Part shown: piece by piece, positions 37,001 through 52,000 of the stretch
Layout: every line of letters starts with the position of its first letter
How positions within the stretch are numbered: the stretch's first letter is position 1
NCBI GenBank assembly: GCA_903813345.2
Contig: CAIIXF020000001.1
Location: 43,958,001 to 44,022,000 of the forward strand
Direction of reading: 5' to 3'
Source: Owenia fusiformis
Taxonomy: Eukaryota
DNA: 64,000 nt
Made by a program: the position numbers and the translations under genes
The notes under the pieces: generated by a model
Told to the model about the DNA's origin: nothing
The model's input: the letters and a program-made list of their open reading frames with translations, nothing else
Database searches by the model: none

Positions 37001-40000
37001 TCAAATCCCTGATTAAGCTAACAAGATAGAGAACTATAAAGTTTAAAGTAAGGTAGATCTAAAGAGTAAATCGGCAGGATTCAAGCAATAACAAACAACC
37101 ACATTAAGTATACAAAGTGTGATTAGCAAGAAATATAATAGTATTGAAGTGCAGAGAAAAGAGCAGCCATAGCACTGTAGTTTGTGAGTGATGATAGGGG
37201 CTGGTAGTTATGACATTGCTGAATTGTACGGCTTCAACAGATGCGACACATATGATTTACACACCACAAATTGCTAGTCTTTGAGCCAATACAATTACTG
37301 TCTTGTCAGAGCTACACACTTTGTACTGGATGAAATAAGGCATTTTCAGCTTTGAAAAAATGTTAATTTCCAGCGTGGAACAATTAGGGAAACAAATGAA
37401 GCACAGCGGGTTGCCAGTGGGGTAGTAGGATAGGTATTTAGCAGATAGTGGAGTTCATATACATACATATCTACTCATCATTCTATCAGAGAACTATAAA
37501 CTCCTTGGAAATCAAAGAGGAGCATGGTGTGTCGAAAAAGTTGGTTTACATCTTCAAAGTGTATGAAAATATGTTGTGCCATACACTGAACTTAATAGCC
37601 AGGCATCAATTAAGGACCCTAATATTTGGGAATAGGCAAGATAAGTGTTAGAAAGTAATGCCACGACGCAAGATATGCATTTCATAATGAATTAGGCAGA
37701 TAAGCAGAAAGCTTTTTATTTTTGCTTTTATGGATATTGTTGTGGATAGGCAAGGTAATATGTTATCAAAGTGCAATATTGAAATTATACCATTACTGGA
37801 TATAGAAACAAAAGGTAGGCATCAAGTAACAGTGAAATAAGAACTATAGAGTAAAACCAAAGAAAACTACTAACTGAAAGAAACCATTCATTGTTGTATA
37901 TGGTTCAAAATGAGGTACTCATATTGTTTATGAGGTATTCAATATATGAGGTGGTCAATACACAAAGTGATCAATGTATGAGATGTTCAATGTATGAGAT
38001 GTTCAATGTATGAGATGTTCGATGTATAAGATGTTCAATGTACGATGTGCTCAATGTATGAGGTGTCCAATGTATGAGGAATTTAATTTTTTTTAATCAT
38101 TTTTATTTAACCTAGAAGGTAACAGTGAACAAGTACCATTATAACCCTCTAGGGTTCTACAATATATACATTACAAATAGCATGTAAACTTAAATAAAAC
38201 TTTAGATGGTGTTTAATATATAAGGTGCCCAATGAACAAAGTGACCAATATATAAGCCATGAGGTGTTCCATGTATGAGATGTTCAATGTATGATGTGCG
38301 CAATGTAACCTATCGAACCCCCCCCCCCTGGCTACGGGCCTGAGATGTTCAATGCATTAGGTGTTCAATTTTGAGATACTCAACATAAAGGGTTCAATGT
38401 ACATATGTAATTGTATGCTCACAAAGGCATGGTATATGCACACAGTAAAATAATCAGTTTTAGCAAAAAAGGAGGTCTCAAATGACTATGAATTAGGAAA
38501 ATAATCATAATAGAAACATGAAGCATTGGAGACTAAATATGACCAAACTGTACCTAATTGATAACTCTATCCAATAATGGAGAAGTCAATAGGGATCATT
38601 TTCATTTATAAATTGAAATACCAATCCAATTCACAATTTGCAATATTTGAAGAGATTTCTAGTTGAGTTCAGAGACTTGCTTTTATCAATTATAGTAAAA
38701 AGTGATGCTTTTATCAATTATATTAAAAAGTGATGCTTTATACTTTTTGTATTTTTAGGATTAGACTTAGAAAAGGACAGCCCTTGCTATGGCACAATAG
38801 CAGATACTATATACCATCTTGTACACGTTTCACACAACAGATATGCTTGGTTCGACACTGATCATTTCTGAAAGGTATGATTTTTCTATTTTGTTGTTCA
38901 GAGTGTTATAGACTCTCATAACACTTGTTTAAGTGTGACATCTTCGTTCATTTACAGTGAAGACTAAGCGTGCAAAGATAATAGTGAGAGGCATGTTGTA
39001 TACTAGACTAAGAGTGCAAAGATAATAGTGAGAGGCATATTGAATACTAGACTAAGCGTGCAAAGATAATAGTGAGAGGCATATTGTATGTTCTTATATA
39101 CTAGATTACAGCTAAAAATAAATATCTAGATTGATTGTTTTATATCAACATTGATATCACAATTGATGTCACGATTCTGCCATTTGTTTTGGATGATACA
39201 TGAAGTAAGCCACAGTATAATTGATACAATTGTACATAAAGAGATGGAATAACATAGAGTTATAATAAGTACTTCTTTTCCTACCATTACAATTATACAC
39301 TATATTTTAACTTATGTATTTTCATTTCATAAATGAAAACTGCTACCGGCAGATAACACATAAAAGAAAAAAGATATATATGATCTATGTGCATATCCAA
39401 AAGAGTTTCCATATTTTATTTAATTTATATGTATAGAAATTGTAGCATAGATATGATTCACATGAGGGCAGCCTTCATAAAACCATTCAAACTTCAGCAA
39501 TTTTTCTTTTTTACATTTGCAAAAACCAGACAGCGAAAATGATACAATTATTTGTATATGTATTTCAATAACATCCATCATATCAAACTGCTGATATTGA
39601 AATAAATACTGCATACTTCAGTGTCACCTCAATGACTGTTTAACACAATGTTATTAATGTCAAGTATTATTTGTAACAACATCGCATTTGCAAGTCGACA
39701 TCTAGCAAGTCATGTCAAGAGCAATCTACCAAACGATCTGGTGAATAAATAAGCCTCACCTTCTATAATTGTCATTTCAGATAGTAGGGACCAGCTGATG
39801 ACATGCTGCATGATATAATACACTGATGAGATGTGCCATAGGTGATAGGTTATCCGATGGGAGACAATACATACTGTAGATGATTCAATATATAGACAAG
39901 ATATAATGAAGATGATACATCTTGGATAAAACACTATGTTGATGATTTGTCAAATGATATGCTATGTGGATGGTATGCAATTTGAATGATGTTTGATGCT

Positions 40001-43000
40001 ATATAGATCATAAACACATAAATGATATGCAATGAGAAAAACTGATATGTGAATGAAATAGGATGTGTAAACTGGATAAATATTGAGGAGACAGTGTGGA
40101 TGAGAAACACTATTGTATAGACACAGTGTTGACAAATCATAATGTTGAGAAGACACATTGCGAATAAATCACAACATTGAGAAGACACAGTGTGGATAAA
40201 TCACAATGTTGAGAAGACACATTGCGAATAAATCACAACATTGAGAAGACACAGTGTGGATAAATCACAATGTTGAGAAGACACATTGTGGATAAATCAC
40301 AATGTTGAGAAGACATAGTATGGATAAATCACTGTTGAATAGATACAATGTGGATAAATCACAACATTGAGAAGACACAGTGTGGATAAATCACTATGTT
40401 GAATAAACACAGTGTGGATGAATCACAACATTGAGAAGACACAATGTGGATAAACAGCTATGTTGAATAAACACAGTGTGGATGAATCACAACGTTGAGA
40501 AGACACAGTGTGGATAAATCACTATGTTGAATAAACACAGTGTGGATGAATCACAACGTTGAGAAGACACAGTGTGGATAAATCACTATGTTGAATAAAC
40601 ACAGTGCGGATGAATCACAACGTTGAGAAGACACAGTGTGGATAAATCACAATGTTGAAGAGACACAGTGTGGATAAATCACAATGTTGAAGAGACACAG
40701 TGTGGATAAATCACAATGTCAAGGAGACACAATTTGGATAAAACATAATGTTGAGAAGACACACAACACAGGCACCAGAGTATGGATAAAAATTTAAAGT
40801 TGTACAGTATGTTGATATATAACATGAATGATTTATAAAGATATGCAGTTGTTATTAGAGAAATGTACACATGAATTGTTGCTGTAACCAGAACAGTCTT
40901 TCAACTATTAAGCTCATGTTTCAAATATGCCTCACAAATAGATTGTTTCAGACTCAAGCAGAATACTGTGAGTTAACCAACAATTTGAATAATAGTTAGT
41001 TGCACCTGATATTTGATATATTTAATCAAACACAAATGGGGAATTGAAGGATATGATGCAGGAGTGCTTGACCTCAATACAGGAGTGCCTGACCTCAAAG
41101 CAGGAGTAATGCCATCTGAGAGTGAATGAAGGTGACAGTAATACGCCAGGTGAGAGCTATGATGACAGATAACAGCAAGCATACCATGTAACAGCAAATA
41201 AGATGGATGGAAGCAAACATAACAAGAGACAGCAAAGATGTCAGATGCCATGCTACATCAGCAGCTGATATAACATTGGTAAGTATTTTATCATTAATTT
41301 TTACTTTTCATACTGGCATTTTCATACTACATAAATGGCAAAGTTCTCAACAAAATGTTACAGCTCTACAAGAAAGTGTTGGATTCATTGCCATGGCTAT
41401 GGATTAAAGGTATTCATGCCAACTAGTTCTGAAACACTACATTCAGTCTTAAACAAAAGGTATAAACTGACTAACAAGCAGGTTGTTAAGTTAATTATTT
41501 GAATCGTGGGGATTATTCTCTAAATGTACCATGTTGTCGTATCCAATTTTCTGTTCAATGGAGTGCTTGATGATGGTATAACCTGACATTTTGCAATCAA
41601 TCACATCAAACATAAAGTTTTCTATTTTCATCAAATACATAATAGGAGAAACAAAATATATTAATCCATGCATTATTGTGTAATTTAAGTACCTAACTGT
41701 TAAATCCACTGATCTATGCTCACACAGGTATAATTGTATGTTTTGTGTATTGTGAACCATTGATTGCCTGGCTGTAGCTCATATATCATGCATAGTGAAT
41801 GGCCCATTAGGTGATTAACGTGCCTATACTGTGAATTAACTCGAGTCTATAGACCAAAGCCTGTGATTATCTAGTGTATCATAGTTAAAAATCTTTGTGC
41901 CGATTATAGCAATCCCAAACTTCCTTTTCTAAATCATCCCTGTTTTCCCGATGCAGTTACTAGTTACTACAGCATAGCTCATCATTAGGACATTGCTGGT
42001 GCTGATAGCTAGATACCTTTTTCCAAAAGTTATTATAATATGCAGTATAACCTGTGTATATAGAACATCTTTTGCAAAGAAAAAATGTTCGGTGTTGGTA
42101 GGTGTTCACTACAGAGAGGGTAATTTATACAGGAGTCAGTACAGTATACAATATGGAGGAAGGGTGTCAGATAGACAGGTGTTCACTAGAGAGAGGTGTT
42201 CATTAGAGAAGCGTTCACTAAGACAGGTTTTAACCATTTTACTGCACATCTTATTACTAGGCTCTGACAACCAAGATAACAGTTAGGCAACAACCTCATT
42301 TCTGGAAGCTTAAAACTCTTACCCAGAGGAACAGATCATGCATATTGATGATAATTTTTGGGGGTGGAGTCTATTTTAATGAAATTGAGTCGATTTAAAT
42401 AAGTTTTTCCTTGATGCATAAGAATAATATCTCTAGTATTTGTTTGTTTAACTCTTGACATTTAATTGTTATTAATGTTTTTATTATTCTGAAATCATAG
42501 TAATTTACACAATACAAGTAAGCAAGACCAATCGCCATTTGGCATTACAGGTTGCTTAAATTCTTGACATTCAGAAAGACATAAGAATGAAATCTCTATA
42601 TTCTAGATAAAACCAGGGATAGCTTTTTGAACAATGCTTATCTTCATATGTTAAATTTATAAAATGGGACTAAGTAAAACACCACTGAGAAAAGTATCCA
42701 GGAGACCATATTGTGACATCACTGGAAAATAGTCCAATAGGAAATTTGTGTAATGGCATCATAGGAAATCATCCAATGGAACTTACCTCCTCGTGGATCC
42801 ATCCCGTTTGGTCCCCCCATTTGATTTGGCATCCCAGGACCCTGAAAATAAAGTTAATATCATGAGCATAATTGGTGATGGTGATTTGTTCATTTCAAAA
42901 TATTTTAAGGGATAGAGTGGGGGGGGGTCCTGCATTTTACCCTCATAATCCTTACTAAACCCTCATAATTCCATTTTTCAGACCTAATATTTTTTATTTC

Positions 43001-46000
43001 TATTAAAATATTTTCAAAATTCCATGTTTTACCCTACAATTTCCATTTTCAGCCCTCATATTCGATATTATGCTTCACCCTCTCCCTCTTATAGGAATAA
43101 TTCAGTTGCAAATATCTAGAAGTTGAAGTCAGGATATGGTTATTCTTGTAGCTTCAAATTCATAAAATAGTCAGATAACACCATATTTTTCTTCATGGGG
43201 AAAATGTTAAGGAAATAAATCTCTAGATTACACTGCCATCTATCTGAAGCATAACAAAATATTTATAGCAACAGCATTATTGCCTGTGTGCTAAGCAAGC
43301 ATATGCTGACATCTATGAATGGAATATAAATGTGAATTCATTAATGGGTACATGAAGTAATCTCAGTCACTTGCAAAATGGCAGATTTATATTACCTATT
43401 ATTTGTATTTCAATTTAGGTATAGGTGATATCACAATTCAACAAACTTGTTTGGGAAGTGAAAAGAATATAAGGCCACTACCAATCATATTGTTTGGATT
43501 AGACGGTTTTCATTATATTTGATTTTGCAACCTACATAAAAATTGGGCGAACTTGTAATCGAGTTCTATTTAAATTCACAATCCATCAAAATAATTTTGT
43601 GTAAATGACATATTTGTTTACGTTCATCTGTTACTTATTTATATTACTTTAAATGGTGTGCCTATACTATTATCTACTTACGTTAAATTCATTTGGCATC
43701 CTCATTGGACCTCTTGGTCCACCTGGATACCTTGGTGACATAAATGGCTGGAAAAATAGAAAACATGACGTGTTAAAGGGTAAAAAACGATTATGTATGG
43801 GAAATAACAGTGGTAAGTGATACACCTCAGATTTACTTAAGTGGACTGTTGAGATGTTTCATTAATGAGGGATTTAAGGTGAAATATCTTTTGCAACACA
43901 TTTAATAATAGAATGCTTTTTACAAGTATTAATTACGTGGAGGACATCACTGCAGGGCATCAAACTTGTGAATTTTGATTGTATCACTGAAACAATAATT
44001 GGTAGTTGTAACACTGTATTCAGAAGACAAATGTATGGTCCAGGGTTGATTGCCCAATGCAGTTCTTTAACATGTACTGTACTTCAGTCCCTCAGATTGA
44101 CTAGAACTTTTTGAATTCATCAAACTGCAGGGTATATATTGATGGATATGATTGCACCTATCTGCTATTTTATGTTTGTTCCCCATCTTGAAAATGTTTT
44201 GATGGAGATTTTCAGTTCACATGAACTCATTCATGTGATGAAAAACACATATTTGTTTCTTTATGCATGGATGTCTCAAGATGTTTTAACTAAAAATTTT
44301 AAGTTTACATTTCAAAACAATACAGTCATGTACATGCATCAATAGCTATCATTATTTAATTTTACTATGGAGGAACCGATACTGATTAATAATAATTAAG
44401 GAACTTAAGGATAAGAAGCAAACATGATGAACCTTCATAACTGACCTCAACTGTATTGTAAATTTCATTAGATTGACAATATGTAGATGTAAAATTTTCA
44501 AATCTCATGGCAGTAGGACTTTAAAATGAAGGCATTTGTTCTTGGACAATATAGTTTGAAATTCATTAATAACTCCAGATTTCAAAAACATGTGTAACAT
44601 AAACTTTTCTTGTCTAAAATAAGGGTTCTTGTGTCATGTTGCAAAATAAGGTGCTACTCACGCCATTTGGCTGTCCAGGGCCCATCATACCTGGGGGTGG
44701 CCCTGGCTGGTGGGGTGACGGCTGGGAGGCAGGAGGCTGGGAGCAAATTGTGGTGTCATTATATGTGGTCAACAAATCACAATGTGTTACACAAATCAAC
44801 TTACAATATTTAGAATTACTTACATTGTGTTATAGCTAACAACAGTTAGCAAGGTTTGGGTGAAAGGAGTACAATGTGTTATAGCTTACAACAGTTGGCA
44901 CGATTTGGGTGAAAGGAGTACAATGTGTTATAGCTTACAACAGTCAGCAAGTTTTGGGTGAATGGAGTACAATTTGATAAAGCTTACAACAGTTAGCAAG
45001 GTTGGGGTGAATGGAGTACAATGTGTTATAGCTTACAACAGTTAGCAAGCTTTGGGTGTACAGAGTACAATGTGTTAAAGCTTACAACAGTCAGCAAGTT
45101 TTGGGTGAATGGAGTACAATTTGATAAAGCTTACAACAGTTAGCAAGGTTGGGGTGAATGGAGTACAATGTGTTATAGCTTACAACAGTTAGCAAGCTTT
45201 GGGTGTACAGAGTACAATGTGTTAAAGCTTACAACAGTTAGCAAGATTTGGGTGAATGGAGTACAATGTTTTATAGCTTACAACAGTCAGCAAGTTCTGG
45301 GTGAATGGAGTACATTGTGTTATAGCTTACAACAGTTAGCAAGATTTTGGTGTATAGAGTACAATGTGTTAAAGCTTACAACAGTTAGCAAATTTTGGGT
45401 GAACAGAGTACAATGTGTTACAATCCAGTTAGCGAGGTTTGGGGAAGGATTTACAATCATTCATAGAGCTTACAACACTAAACAAGTTTTAATGTACAAT
45501 GACGGGTGAACAATGTGTTAAAGTCCAGTGAAAGATGGATTGCTATATAAGAAATCTCAGATTTATGTATGAGAACTAAAATGAGATATATCAAAACTCA
45601 AAAGCAAGTATGGCACATTTATACAAAACTGGCTTTTGTTTTGTTTTAAATATAGATGTAATTATAAACACTGTATACTTTTGCTTTGAAAGACTATTAC
45701 TGCTTGTGATGCAAATCTAAATGCTGCTAGTCTTGATCTAAATTAGTTTTACCTAGATGCTGACAATAACTGTCCACTTTGGCCATAATTCATTACTCAA
45801 TGGATGGAGGAGTTTGAGGTATCAGATGGTTCAATAAAGCTTGTTTCTGACTGGTGTCATAGTTGTGGAAAAAGTATATTATGGTCTTGACAAATTTCAC
45901 AGAAAATTTCTGGATAATTTTTGACTGAATATCCGCATATCATTAGCCTTCACAACTATGTTGCCTTTCTTCATTGCTCCCAAGTGAATATTTACATAGC

Positions 46001-49000
46001 GTATACACTAGTTGTTCATGTCATGTTCATGGAATACTGTATATGATATCTATATTGCCTTCATGGTTTTATTTATTGCAAAGCACCAAATAAGAATACC
46101 CTGAAAATGTGTCATATTTTCCTGAGATATGAAATCTATGTTGGCAGAGTTTTAAACTATTAAGACACCCCCGTGCTATCAACATATATTCATTTTCTGA
46201 CTAACAGTGGTCCCAATAATAGTGGTTTATAACTAACAGGTTTTGGGTGAAGCTTGTAAAACATGTTATAGTCTACAACGATTACCAGGATTTGAGTGAA
46301 AAATGTACAATGTATTATATGTTTAGCTCCAAACAGCAAGTTTTGGGTGAAACAGATGCGTAATGTGTTCTAGCTTTCAAACAGTTTTTTATGAAAGATT
46401 TACAATGTGTCACATAACTCATTACAATTGTTAGCAAGTTTTGGGTGAAAGATGTACAATGTGTTATTGTTTGTAACATTTACCAAGATTTGGGTGAAAG
46501 ATGTACAATGTACTGTAAATTGCTTTTTGACACCCGTTTTAATTTGGCGGATTAATGAAAACCGCCAAATTAAGTCTCCGTCAATTTTTTTAAAACATCC
46601 ATGACTATTTTCGGACGAAGATTTTTCGTCCAGAGACTCGTCCTTGTGTGACCTTGCAGGGTAAAACTTTGGTCAAAATTTGAAAAATAACACAAAACGT
46701 CAATTTTGAAAAATTTCCAAAGATCTACAAAGGGACTGCTGGTTCAGAAGTTTTGGGTGAAAGATGTACAACATGTTGCAATACTTTAACAAGTAAGCTG
46801 ATTTTCAGTGAAAGATAAGTCATGTGTCAAGACTAGTATTGAGATAATGTATAACTTTAAATCTACATGTTTGAGCATGATATCATTGATGAAAAATTGA
46901 TAAATTAAAAGTGATAAGTTAGATGGCCTCTGCATAAGTATTTTGTGTTATGAAGTGAACAAAATTGAATAAATTAGGAGCTTTGTGGTGCCTTGCGGTT
47001 GGGCTGGCAGCCCAATAAATCTTTTCCACAGATTTCCAGCTAAACCATGTGAGGGATTCATCTGAAATTTTCAGGGATGTTTCCACGTATGGATGTCTAG
47101 GTCCTGATTCCTTTTTGGGCATTCTGGGTAAATGTTAAGGTTGCCATTTTGAATTTTCTATCCTTAAATCTTATCTGTCGAGGCTTTCGGCCAAACCATT
47201 TAAGGGATTCATCTGAAATTTTCAGAGAGTTTTCTACCTCTGAAAGTTTAGAACAGATTTGTTTTTGGGCATTTTGGGTAAATATTATTTTTCATCCTAA
47301 AGTATTTCAAGCCAAAACCGTTACAAAGATTCATCTGAAATTTTTCTAAAATTTTTCTAGGTATGAACATTGAGATCTGATTAGTTTTTGGGCATTCTGA
47401 GTAAATGTTTAAGTGGCCCTTTTGGATTTCACGTCCCGAGATCTTGTCTGTAGGAGCTTGTCTAAAGGTCTCCACCCAAACAGTTTCAAATTTTTAGGGA
47501 TGTTTCTATGTATTCTTTTTTGGCAGTATGGGTAAATGTTATGGTGGCCATTTTGAATTTTCTGTCCTGAAAACTGCCTATTCTATCAAAAGGTATCATT
47601 CTGTTCACTCGGGGTCTTTTTGCATAAGATTCACTGATATTGCATTAACTGATTGTTTATAAACCTAACTATATCGTAATACTTTTCTTTTCCCAATTTA
47701 AGCTGGAGATACTGATTTTTTCAGAGGAAGAGCAATGGCTGTTTGGACAAGACGTGAACAATAGTTGAACTTGTATACATTGTCTTATCACAAATTACAA
47801 CACCATTTCTCTTCCATGAAATTCTGACTGCCAGTCGGTAAACATACATATGTTCCGATCTGATAGAACAAGTTGTTTCACATATATGAAGAATTACTGA
47901 CATTTTGACAACAGTAAAGTTATTTATTGTGGTTCAAATGGCTACTCCATCGAAAACACATGGTATGCATAATTTAATATCTATATCTACAGCATGGAAT
48001 CTGCTATAATTATCATATAGTACTAGACAAATATGACTTACAAAAATTGGGTGTTAATCTTATTTGATTTTTTTTCATTGTTTCTCGTCATATCATATAG
48101 GTTGCAATAATGACTGATGATTACACATCCCCAGTAACAAACACATATTGAGGTAGAGCATTGTTAAGTTACATATTGAATCATTAGAACTAGACTTGTT
48201 ATTTGGGTTTATTACCTTGGTTAGTGCATTTTCTTCTATCAAATAGTTTTACACTAGTTTTATATTCAATTTCCTATATAAGGCAATAATCACTCATCAT
48301 GAGAAAGCATGGCCTTCTATTAGCTTCTTTCTTGAAAATATATTTCCAGTTGAAGGCAGAAAGATGTGGTGTCGAGTATCAGAATGATGACCACTAAGAT
48401 CTTATTAGCACTAAAACGTTAGAATCATCTGTAATGTTGGATAACTAGCCAATGGGGAGCAAATTGGATTCAGAAATTCAAATAAAAAATAGGGAATCTT
48501 GGCCCCTGTGCTCACTTTTTGGTGTCAGAATTGCCAATTTCTCAAAAATCAAGTTGATCTGAAAAATGGTGATGAAGAGTCATATAGATAACCAAGGATA
48601 TGCATGAAACAAATGTCCATACAACCTCATATAAATAACAGATGCCTCACGAATCACTGAAAACTTTGTCGTTATTAGACTGCTATATATTAAGAGAAAA
48701 CTGATGTGAAAGCTGCAACAGGTCTCCATGATAGGTGAACTGAGCAAACATTTTCTTCTTAATAAGGCTCTATTGGACAATGCTGTCAAGTTGATTGAGT
48801 TAAAGCTATACAAGACTTAATTTAGAGCAGTAATCACAGTGTGATGACTATACAGGACATTTCTCTGATCTTATTAAGGGATGAGGCACTGAGATAGATT
48901 AATTACTTCACATTACCTGGGATGTTTCTCTACAGAGTGAGATTCTTGCGCTATACCCCGTATTTGAGATTACATAAGAGTTATTAATTTTATTTATATG

Positions 49001-52000
49001 GCTTTCTTTTGTTTTTTTCAAATATTGACCTCAGTAATCAGTTGCTTACTTTTGCATAGTATTGCGGTATATGTACTTAAAAGCAAGCATGACAGGGATG
49101 AATTAGATAATTCTATATATATTTGTCATAGTCTTTTGCATATTTTGTTATATGTACTATACATGAACATAGGACATAATAACCTACCTAGGTATATGTG
49201 AATCAATTAGAAGACAAATATGTTTGCTAAAGCGAAGACTCATAGATGTTATTGATAAAAAATCAGTTGGTAATGTTAAGTTTGTTATTAGAGTTATTGT
49301 TATGTTTCTTTGACGTTCAAGGTACATTGTACATTGTTATGTTTCTTTATCATCACAACATATATTCAGAAGGTTAGGTTTTACAACATTTACTGTTATA
49401 ATTAACACACATAGTTATATAACATTAGGTATACTACATGCAAATTGCCATAACAACGACAACAATATTGCCATAGCAGTCAAATAGCCAAAGTGAAGGG
49501 TAATGCAACAATGCAAATGTGACATGAAGTGATTGTTTTTAAAACATGCAAAATATATTTTAAGCCATATTGTTGCTCAATTAGGAGCTCATGTTGAACT
49601 AATTACAAAATTTCAACACCTCCATTTAAGATTACTGTTATCAAAATATGAGTTATGATTTAATTTGATCAAATTTGTTTACATTTATAAAAAAAAATAT
49701 ATGAAACATGCAATTTGGTGAAAATGCAAAAACACCAGACATATTTTGTAAATATTTTAGGAAAGGGCACTCATAAAGCATGTATCAATACTAGATAACG
49801 GCAACTCCGCGGAGTAGCAAATCCCAACGAACAAAATATCAATTAGCGAATTCCAATCAATTATACTCATTACATTGGTTAAAATTGAAAAAATTAGATT
49901 TTAGAATTGCGAATTCCTGCAAAGCAGCCATTTTGAATTTTCTGAGATACAAATCTGAAAAATAATACCATAATTGTGATCTACTCCAAAATTCCTTCAA
50001 TTTGAGTATAATATAGCCATACTTTGAAGGGATCAAAAAATTATTGCGAAATCGTACATTAGACGGCCATTTTGAATTTTACGAGGCTCGAATCAGAAAA
50101 AGATACAATATTTGCAATCTACTCTTAATTGTCTTTCATTTGAGTATAATAAAGCTATACTTTAGAAAGATCTAAAAATTAGCGAAAATTTCTGTTTTCC
50201 TGTCCCCCCATACACGGCCCCTGGGGGTCAGGATGAAAAACACGGAATATATGTGAAATAGATAAATGTTGTGAATATACTACCAAAATTTCAAACAATA
50301 ATATTAATTACTTTGGTTCAGAATGAAAAATTTATGATTTTTGCGAAAAAGTCCCGTCATTTTTAAAGCGGCGGCCATCTTGAAAAAAGTTTTTTTTGCG
50401 TAAAACTATTCACCAATATACATCTTTCCACTAAATATGAAGAAAATCCGTCTACTAGTATTTGAGTTATCTTCCGGACAGACGGACGGACTGACTGACT
50501 GACTGACGGACTGACGGACGGACAGACGGACGGACGGACGGAGGGCTTCACTATATCCCTACCGAACTTCGTTCGTTGGGATAATAACAATGATTTAAAG
50601 CCATAATCACAAGACAAGCCAGTGCAAGAATTAAATGCTACCAACAATGCTGTTTCTATATAGCAATAGACATTTCTTCCCATCTCCTGACCAACAACTC
50701 TCCCAGCCTCATAATTCCTCGTTTCACGCGCCTTAGTGCGAGTAGTGGGAGGGGGCAGATGTAACTAGATAAAGGCAACGCCAAGGAGGAGTAAATCCCA
50801 ACTCCCTTAGAAATTCTAATAACTACAGAAATCTATTGAATGAACATATGAATGGTAACAATTTTAAAGACATCTGGCAAAGGTCAAATCACAAAGGCAA
50901 TCTATGGTACAATAAGCCATATTCCCTGTTAAGTAAATTTAATTTGAATACATCTGAACGTTCTGGATGAAGCAAAGGTAACATCTCAAGGCTCTGAATA
51001 ATAAGAGATACTTTGAAGAGATGATTTCAAAACATTGAAAGGAAAAACTGGCATCTTTTGGTTTTGGATGGTATGAAGGCTTCAATGTGTATATCAATAC
51101 CAAACTTTGGGATACCATAATACAGCATCCAAAATTATTAAATAAATAAAATGATTAGAAATGAAATGTGGTATTAATAAACAAACAAAAAAAGTAAAAT
51201 AACAAAAATAATTGTTAAATTGAATATCAGATTTGACCTCAAATAATTCTGGCATATTTTGTCACATTTGAGTTTCCTAATATATTTGAACATATTTCAG
51301 TTGAAGATACAAGTATGACACAGTATTTAATTGAATATTTTGCACTACTCTTCTCTATGGCTAAGGTTGTTTGAGACATCCATGCAATTTAGAAGCAAAC
51401 AACTAGTGGTTACATCATCTAAGATCAGTATGTACATTCATAAATATTCTAAAGATACAATTCAATATATGTTAAGAGACAATATATTAAGATAACATTA
51501 TTTTTACTATTATTTATTTCAACTATTCAAACTAATTTCAAAGACAGAAATAAAATCAAAACTGATGTATAATACTCAATTAGAAAAGTATAACAGCTCA
51601 TAAAAGTTATTTAACAATGCATAGAGAAAAATATGGCTAGATAAAGTAGCGTTGTATACTGTAGAATTGTATAAGAGGAGATGTTTGTAGAACAGAGCTA
51701 GAAGAGAATAGCATCATAATATGTAGATAAGAACTGTAGAACTTCAGTAAATATAAGTCAAAATAAATACAGTCTTATGCATAGCACCAATAAATGGCTC
51801 AACAGTATGCTTTCTTGGTGTTGTGTATAAGACTGTATTCACAAAAACATCAATGATAACTTTTTGTAAATGTATCAAACTAGGGCTGCTGAACTAGAAT
51901 CATAAGGATACGAAAAAATAGTTTAAAAGAAAGATGGTCAAAACTGCAAATGTGTAGAAAGGACTGAATAGTGATACAAAGTGGTGTATAATGCTGACTG

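Noticed and set aside
44921..45214. 147-bp period as nucleosome-positioning design
   Set aside because: Simply 3 x 49 bp with about two good copies; coincidence cannot be excluded
45168..45509. 113-aa ORF; also 52292-52663 and 52904-53200
   Set aside because: Read-through of minisatellite units giving periodic peptides; no splice or homology support
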